Position numbers and translations under genes: made by a program. The notes under the pieces are model-generated. The model was not told the origin of the DNA. It did no database searches and saw only the letters and a list, made by a program, of their open reading frames with translations. DNA of 64,000 bases from an uncultured virus (IMG/VR IMGVR_UViG_3300024059_000003) (Duplodnaviria > Heunggongvirae > Uroviricota > Caudoviricetes), in IMG/VR virus record IMGVR_UViG_3300024059_000003, positions 1-64,000 of that record, one strand, 5' to 3'. Positions 58,897 through 64,000 of this stretch are shown piece by piece; within the stretch, counting starts at the first letter, position 1, and the number at the start of each line of letters is the position of its first letter.

Positions 58897-60462
58897 TTAG
58901 AACTGTGGAATTTCTTCAATAAGTACAGTTCTTGATAAATCCTCGATAAATACATCGCATCTATCTTTCATCCAGATTTCGTATCCTGGGAATTTATTAG
59001 CAGACTGCATTCCTTGAGACTTAGCAAAGCCTAGGTGGGAACGAGTTCCGTCAATATAACCCCAAGTCATAGAAGGAGCACCCTTCATACGAACTTCTCG
59101 GATGTTGTTTACCATTGCACCATCAGATAGTGGAGAAACATCAAACACCATAAATACTGGAGTAGATTTCATGTTTTGTCCAAACTCTAAATTAGTTTGT
59201 GGTAAATCAAGTTCTTTCAAGTGAATTAATTCAACTCGACCTGTCTCTCTTGTAACCATTGCATCAAATGCAAAGTTATAAGTGATATTTTGTCCTTCTC
59301 CTTGCATGTATCTGTTTCCAGAATCTGCAACGAAAGTAAGACCTGAATTAAGTGCATCGTCTTTAAGAGCTTGTTGGAATACATCGAATCCAGCCTCATT
59401 AGTATACATCTTAACTCGTCTATCTTTAACATCCACTCGTCTATAGAACAAGTCTCCAAATACTGAACGAATCAGGTTTGCAGAGAACTCACCTCTATTG
59501 TATTGTACTAAGTTTCCGTTATTTCTCATTCTGTGGTATACACCAGCAGAAGTTCTTTTTAAGTTTTGTTGTGAACCATTAGTTTTAACAGTACCTGGAG
59601 AAGCCCAGATCATTCTTTTAACTTTTAGTTCTAGCATAGACTTACGCATCCAGAACTCAATAAATGGCTCCCACTTAACATCTTCTCTTCTTAAAGGAAG
59701 TTGATTACGTCTTTGTGGAGCATATACTAAGATATCTAGTGGCTTACCAGCAGAATCACGCAACATTTTGTCATCAGCCCATTCTGTAATTTTGTGCTCA
59801 TATCCATATGCAGAACCTAGTGATTCAAACATAGTGATTTCTTCACCTAATTTAGGAAGGCCTAATAGATCTTGATCAAATTCACCGATAGCAGCATCTA
59901 CTAATTCTAATTCAACACCTTGTGTTAAGAATGTAGGATTAACAAAGTCTACAATTGGATTATCACTTACTAGTGTGAATTTGTAAATCCATCCCATGTT
60001 CCATGGTTGTGGATCTTTAATTACGTAGAAACGTGGTCCATATTGACGTGTTCCTACAGAGATGATAGCATTCTTGGAGAATTCGTTAGAACTTAAGATA
60101 AGCTCAAACTCTTGTCCATCAACACCAACTTTACCTCCAGCATCAATCACATCTTGTGTAGATTTTGGAATGTCAATAATTTTAGGGAATTTGTAAGGAA
60201 CTGCGATATTCCATTTCCATGCATCGCTGTTATTATCAATAAAGTAAGGTGTACTCTTATTGATCATGTCTAGAAAATCATTGCTATACAATGAAGATTG
60301 AGTATACAGACTGATAATCTTTTTATCATAGTCTGCAGGCTCAGTAGAGTGAAAAGACTCTAGGTGGTTTGCATCTGTAAGTTTACCTACAGCACGTGCG
60401 TCCATAGACGCTACACGAGCATAAGTAAAACCAGTTAAACCTGGGATTGTTTGAATTGCCAT
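58897..60462 (-). CDS. Major capsid protein (521 aa)
   Basis: Size, position two genes after portal, codon usage visibly shifted towards TTC/ATC/AAC/CGT; WxW near the N-terminus, YTNEAG and YIDG motifs of crAss-like MCPs. Confidence 0.82.
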   Translation of the reverse strand: MAIQTIPGLTGFTYARVASMDARAVGKLTDANHLESFHSTEPADYDKKIISLYTQSSLYSNDFLDMINKSTPYFIDNNSDAWKWNIAVPYKFPKIIDIPKSTQDVIDAGGKVGVDGQEFELILSSNEFSKNAIISVGTRQYGPRFYVIKDPQPWNMGWIYKFTLVSDNPIVDFVNPTFLTQGVELELVDAAIGEFDQDLLGLPKLGEEITMFESLGSAYGYEHKITEWADDKMLRDSAGKPLDILVYAPQRRNQLPLRREDVKWEPFIEFWMRKSMLELKVKRMIWASPGTVKTNGSQQNLKRTSAGVYHRMRNNGNLVQYNRGEFSANLIRSVFGDLFYRRVDVKDRRVKMYTNEAGFDVFQQALKDDALNSGLTFVADSGNRYMQGEGQNITYNFAFDAMVTRETGRVELIHLKELDLPQTNLEFGQNMKSTPVFMVFDVSPLSDGAMVNNIREVRMKGAPSMTWGYIDGTRSHLGFAKSQGMQSANKFPGYEIWMKDRCDVFIEDLSRTVLIEEIPQF

Positions 60463-60492
60463 TTTTATTTGTTTTTTATTATTAATTTAAAT

Positions 60493-61770
60493 TTACAAGA
60501 ACCATGAATTAGGTTTCTTATTGTTACTACTTTGTTTTTGAGAAGCAACAGTTTTAGCTTTTGTAACTTGTCTTGCAACTTCTCCAAATAACTGGTTAGA
60601 CTTTTTAGTCACACCTGCTCTTTGTATCGTAGATAACGTTGGATCTTTTTCTAACACCTTTAGTAGTAATCCCACTTTTACTTTTAATTCATGATTCTCT
60701 GGTCTTTTCAAATCTAAGATAGAACGATCAAAATCTGTTAGGGTATCTCCACTTGGTGTTTTCCATTTATCCACTAGTAAGAAGTCTTGTAGTTCGTTTG
60801 CTAAATTAGAGTTGATAGGTATACCATCGAACTCTTTTTCTTTTACTTTATCTGAAAGTATAGTCTGAACATTAGTAACATACTCTTGCTTAATAGCATT
60901 TTTTGTTTGTAACTCTTGTTGAGACTGTGCCTCTAGTTGTTGAAGCTTTTTAGCTTCCTTTTTTACTAGTACCTTATGGTGTCTAGTTGATACGGATTCT
61001 AGATCACCGTAATTTTGTAATCTTTCAATTTCTTTATCTATGTCTTCTGTTTCGAACCCTTGATCAGAAAGTGCTTGTTTCATCACTTGTTTTTGATTGT
61101 TTTCTTTGCTCAAGTCCATTTCAGAAAAGTTAACAATATTATTGTAAGTTCCGAAATATTCTTTTGGGTTTACACCTTTTACAAAGATTGATTCAAACGC
61201 TTGTTGATAATCTTCACCAAATTGACCTATGAATTGTTGAACTAAATCTTGTGCTCCCTTTTTCTTTTCAGATTCAAAACGAGCTAAGAAGTCTTCTGGT
61301 GATTCTATGTTTACCTCTTCATCTTCTTCCTTGTTAAATACTCCTAGTTCAAATAGGTCATTTGCTAAAGCTTCAAAATTAGGGGCAGTTGCATCAGATT
61401 CGTCATCTTCCACCTTATCTAGAACATCAGGTTCTGGTTCAACCACTGGAGTTTCCTCTGTAGTTATTTCTTCCTCTTCTGTATCCGGAATATCACTTAA
61501 GAAGTCAGCAATTAGAGATTCTCCAGTTTGCTTTTCTTCTTCAGTCTTTCCGTGTACACTTTTAGGAGGAACAATATCTTTACCTTTGGGAGCTGTCTTT
61601 TCAGGGACAGCATCTTCTACCTCTTTGACTATTGGCTCTACTGCTTCTGGATCTGCTTGAGCAGTCTCAGGAGCTAATAAATCGTTTAGTAACTGGGTAT
61701 CACCAGCTCCACCAACAGACATGGTATCTTGTATGCCAAAGTTACCTTGTGCTTGCATATTATCAGACAT
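60493..61770 (-). CDS. Acidic putative scaffold protein (425 aa)
   Basis: Very acidic low-complexity N-terminus and coiled-coil C-terminus, located between portal and MCP. Confidence 0.6.
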   Translation of the reverse strand: MSDNMQAQGNFGIQDTMSVGGAGDTQLLNDLLAPETAQADPEAVEPIVKEVEDAVPEKTAPKGKDIVPPKSVHGKTEEEKQTGESLIADFLSDIPDTEEEEITTEETPVVEPEPDVLDKVEDDESDATAPNFEALANDLFELGVFNKEEDEEVNIESPEDFLARFESEKKKGAQDLVQQFIGQFGEDYQQAFESIFVKGVNPKEYFGTYNNIVNFSEMDLSKENNQKQVMKQALSDQGFETEDIDKEIERLQNYGDLESVSTRHHKVLVKKEAKKLQQLEAQSQQELQTKNAIKQEYVTNVQTILSDKVKEKEFDGIPINSNLANELQDFLLVDKWKTPSGDTLTDFDRSILDLKRPENHELKVKVGLLLKVLEKDPTLSTIQRAGVTKKSNQLFGEVARQVTKAKTVASQKQSSNNKKPNSWFL

Positions 61771-61817
61771 ATGTAGTTATTTTTATTATAAATTGGTTTT
61801 ACTTCCGTATTTTACTG

Positions 61818-61891
61818 TAAATTTAATTCAGTCAGTTCGAATTACAAAACTTTATTTATCTATTTTTGTAAATTCTTGAAATAATATAGCA
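61818..61891 (-). promoter_or_regulatory. Bacteroidota-type -33/-7 promoter with upstream TGCTATATTAT box
   Basis: TTTG (61848-61845)-N19-TAAATTTA (61825-61818); TGCTATATTAT at 61891-61881. Confidence 0.6.
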
Positions 61892-61925
61892 TTAATATTT
61901 TCTCTTCTATAATGAAGATAATTAT

Positions 61926-64000
61926 TTAGCTTTTCTTTCTTCCTTTTGCGTTCTCTTTTGCTACAGCTAGATCATTTGCTTGATTGTCACGAGCTAGTTT
62001 TATTTTGTCTCGTTCAAGTTGTAGTTTCTGCTGTGATAAAGAGTTTCTATTGTTAATCTCTGCCATCTTTCCTTCAAACTCTTTATTTGCTTTGTTTGTT
62101 TCTGCTGACAGTTTAGATAGTTCTATTATATCAGGAGCACCTGAGTTATCAATGTCAGCCCCTACACCTTGTGGATCTTTAGCCATAGCATTAATAAGAG
62201 CTATCTCTTTTTTATTAACTCTATCAAGTTCATTTTGTCTATCTGCATTAGCTTGATCTTGCAACTTCATTTGGGCAGCTTGTTGTAATGCAGCCTGGGC
62301 TTGTTGTTGTTGAGCCTCTTGCTGTTGTTGCTGCAATTGAAGTTGTTGTTGTTGTTGAGCATCCATCTTATCTCTGAGATCCTTAAATGTTTTCTTCATC
62401 TCTCTCATTGATTTGGTGCTGTATAATTCTATTACATCATAAAGCGTACCACCGTTTTGAATAACTGCTTGTGATAATTGTCTAAGCTCATTAAACATTT
62501 GAGTGTCTTCAGGTCTATTAGTTAAGAATACTTGAAGATCACGTAATGATAGGTCTGTACCGTTAACTTGCACAAATGCAGACTCACCTTCATTAGTTAT
62601 ATATGATAATGTAGATTGTGGTTTCTGACTTTCTATATATAGAGCTGAATCTACAATTGCTTGATATAATTGTCCTGTTACATACTCATGAGCAACGAAT
62701 AGAGGCTCTGTCTGAGAGTAACTCTGTTGCATTGCTGTGTTTGTAGCTGTAGCTGTTTCTGATGCAGCTATAGATCCCATACGTTGTTTTGACATACCAA
62801 TGAGCTCCCAACATTCTACTTTCATTTGTTGTGCTAGGGTATATCTTGATTGTATTTCCTGTGTACGTGTAAGATCTAGTGATGTGAACTGGTTAAATGA
62901 ACTTGGAGCTTTTAAGTTCTCTGGACTATCATCTACAAATACTACACCCCTATTTCTTGCTTCCATTTCCCACATCTCTAATGCATCTTGTGAGTCTCCA
63001 TCTTTAGGAATAGGAATGTGGCGTAAAGACATAAGCTGAACTTTACCCATCTCCTTCTCTAGTAACTTATATAATTGATTCATGCAAACATTATAGATAA
63101 CCTGAAAAGGTTTCATTAAGTCTACTAAAGATTTAGCTTCTGTATTCTTCTGCTCATAAACTGTACCTATAATAGGACAGTAGTCTAGTAGTTTATAAGG
63201 TTTAACATGATAGATGTCTGCACCTATTTTAATTCCTTGATACCATTGATTTACCCATCCCCACTCTAGTGAGATTTGTGTAGGCATCATACCATTCTTG
63301 TAATTTTCATCTACAAGTGTAGATTGTTCATTACCTAGTTCGTCTAAATATATAAGTCTACCAATTTTCTTTTTAGAAACCCAATAGCTTCTGAGAACTA
63401 CATACTTGTATCCAAACGCTGACACATTATTAGTTAGACCTAAAAAGTCTCTCAACCCATCATCGTTCTCCTTCATTTCAGACTCTATAATCATACGTGT
63501 CTGTAATACTAAAGGATCATAAGTATCGTAAGTAATAGAATCAGCACCTGGTGTAACATCTGGATTAGTAAGGTTAGATTCTGAAACATTTAACAGTCCA
63601 TAGTTTTCAAGAGATGATCTTAAGTGATCAATCTCTTCTTTAGTTAGTTCTGGAACTGCTTCAATTATTTCTGATAGCTCCATTACTTCTACTGTACCTG
63701 CAGCATATGCTCCTTGTTTTCTACCTGTAGGATCAGATATATACTTCTTATTGGGTGTAGTTAAATACCAAGTATTTCTAGGATTACATACTTCTATGTT
63801 ATATCCTGCCTTAGAGTTATCTTCATAAATGTGATAGAATTGACGTGCAGATATTAGAAGGTCTCTAAATGCTTCCTCTGACTTTTCTTTCATATTAAAG
63901 TCTGCTTTCTGTGCAGTAAGGACATGGTTGGCCCACTTTTCTGCTACAGAGGTGTAACTATCAAGTTGATCTTTTACTTGATCAAATGTAAGTTTCTCTA
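61926..64000 (-). CDS. Portal protein, 5'-partial
   Basis: Frame stays open from 63893 to the window edge; SLVDLMKPFQ..YN, R.G.I..SETAT and Q-rich C-terminal coiled coil typical of P22-like/crAss portals. Confidence 0.82.
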   Translation of the reverse strand, partial: EKLTFDQVKDQLDSYTSVAEKWANHVLTAQKADFNMKEKSEEAFRDLLISARQFYHIYEDNSKAGYNIEVCNPRNTWYLTTPNKKYISDPTGRKQGAYAAGTVEVMELSEIIEAVPELTKEEIDHLRSSLENYGLLNVSESNLTNPDVTPGADSITYDTYDPLVLQTRMIIESEMKENDDGLRDFLGLTNNVSAFGYKYVVLRSYWVSKKKIGRLIYLDELGNEQSTLVDENYKNGMMPTQISLEWGWVNQWYQGIKIGADIYHVKPYKLLDYCPIIGTVYEQKNTEAKSLVDLMKPFQVIYNVCMNQLYKLLEKEMGKVQLMSLRHIPIPKDGDSQDALEMWEMEARNRGVVFVDDSPENLKAPSSFNQFTSLDLTRTQEIQSRYTLAQQMKVECWELIGMSKQRMGSIAASETATATNTAMQQSYSQTEPLFVAHEYVTGQLYQAIVDSALYIESQKPQSTLSYITNEGESAFVQVNGTDLSLRDLQVFLTNRPEDTQMFNELRQLSQAVIQNGGTLYDVIELYSTKSMREMKKTFKDLRDKMDAQQQQQLQLQQQQQEAQQQQAQAALQQAAQMKLQDQANADRQNELDRVNKKEIALINAMAKDPQGVGADIDNSGAPDIIELSKLSAETNKANKEFEGKMAEINNRNSLSQQKLQLERDKIKLARDNQANDLAVAKENAKGRKKS

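Larger units (their letters stand above)
1..64000 (-). mobile_element. Virion/late gene region of a crAss-like (Crassvirales-type) bacteriophage
   Basis: Co-oriented dense genes in the order portal, acidic protein, major capsid, ring proteins, IHF-like, tail tube, muzzle, cargo, giant RNA polymerase with DFDID motif; no host genes or integrase seen. Confidence 0.9.

Noticed and set aside
4926..63039. Numerous 60-120 aa plus-strand ORFs
   Set aside because: They lie antisense to long motif-bearing genes, are Ser/Leu/Phe-rich and show no independent motifs
1..64000. Stop-codon reassignment as in some crAss-like lineages
   Set aside because: Genes up to 12.5 kb are open in the standard code with very high coding density; TAG ends two genes (46626, 53283), and the latter is followed by TAA

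Overview
The whole window is the late (virion) region of an AT-rich lytic podovirus of the Crassvirales / crAss-like type, probably infecting Bacteroidota (TAnnTTTG promoters, AT-rich translation starts without obvious Shine-Dalgarno). All credible genes are on the minus strand. Read right to left: portal (5' part outside the window), acidic scaffold-like gene, major capsid protein, conserved capsid-module genes, a ~13-kb block of Cys-rich modular fibre/decoration genes joined by poly-Thr linkers, a metallophosphoesterase, ring/IHF-like/tail-tube genes, an apparently split muzzle (tail stabilisation) protein, cargo/ejection proteins including a 4176-aa virion RNA polymerase polyprotein (DFDID motif), and a >1500-aa (Gly-Thr-Ser)n collagen-like fibre that the ORF track missed because it runs off the left edge. 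The most interesting signal is a combinatorial 'plug-in' system of virion appendages: six genes share a ~70-aa N-terminal domain, four share a second anchor-like domain, globular domains recur between genes across Thr-rich joints, and cargoes include an intact trypsin-like protease and a vWA-like domain. Family assignments come from motif recognition and synteny only; no searches were run.
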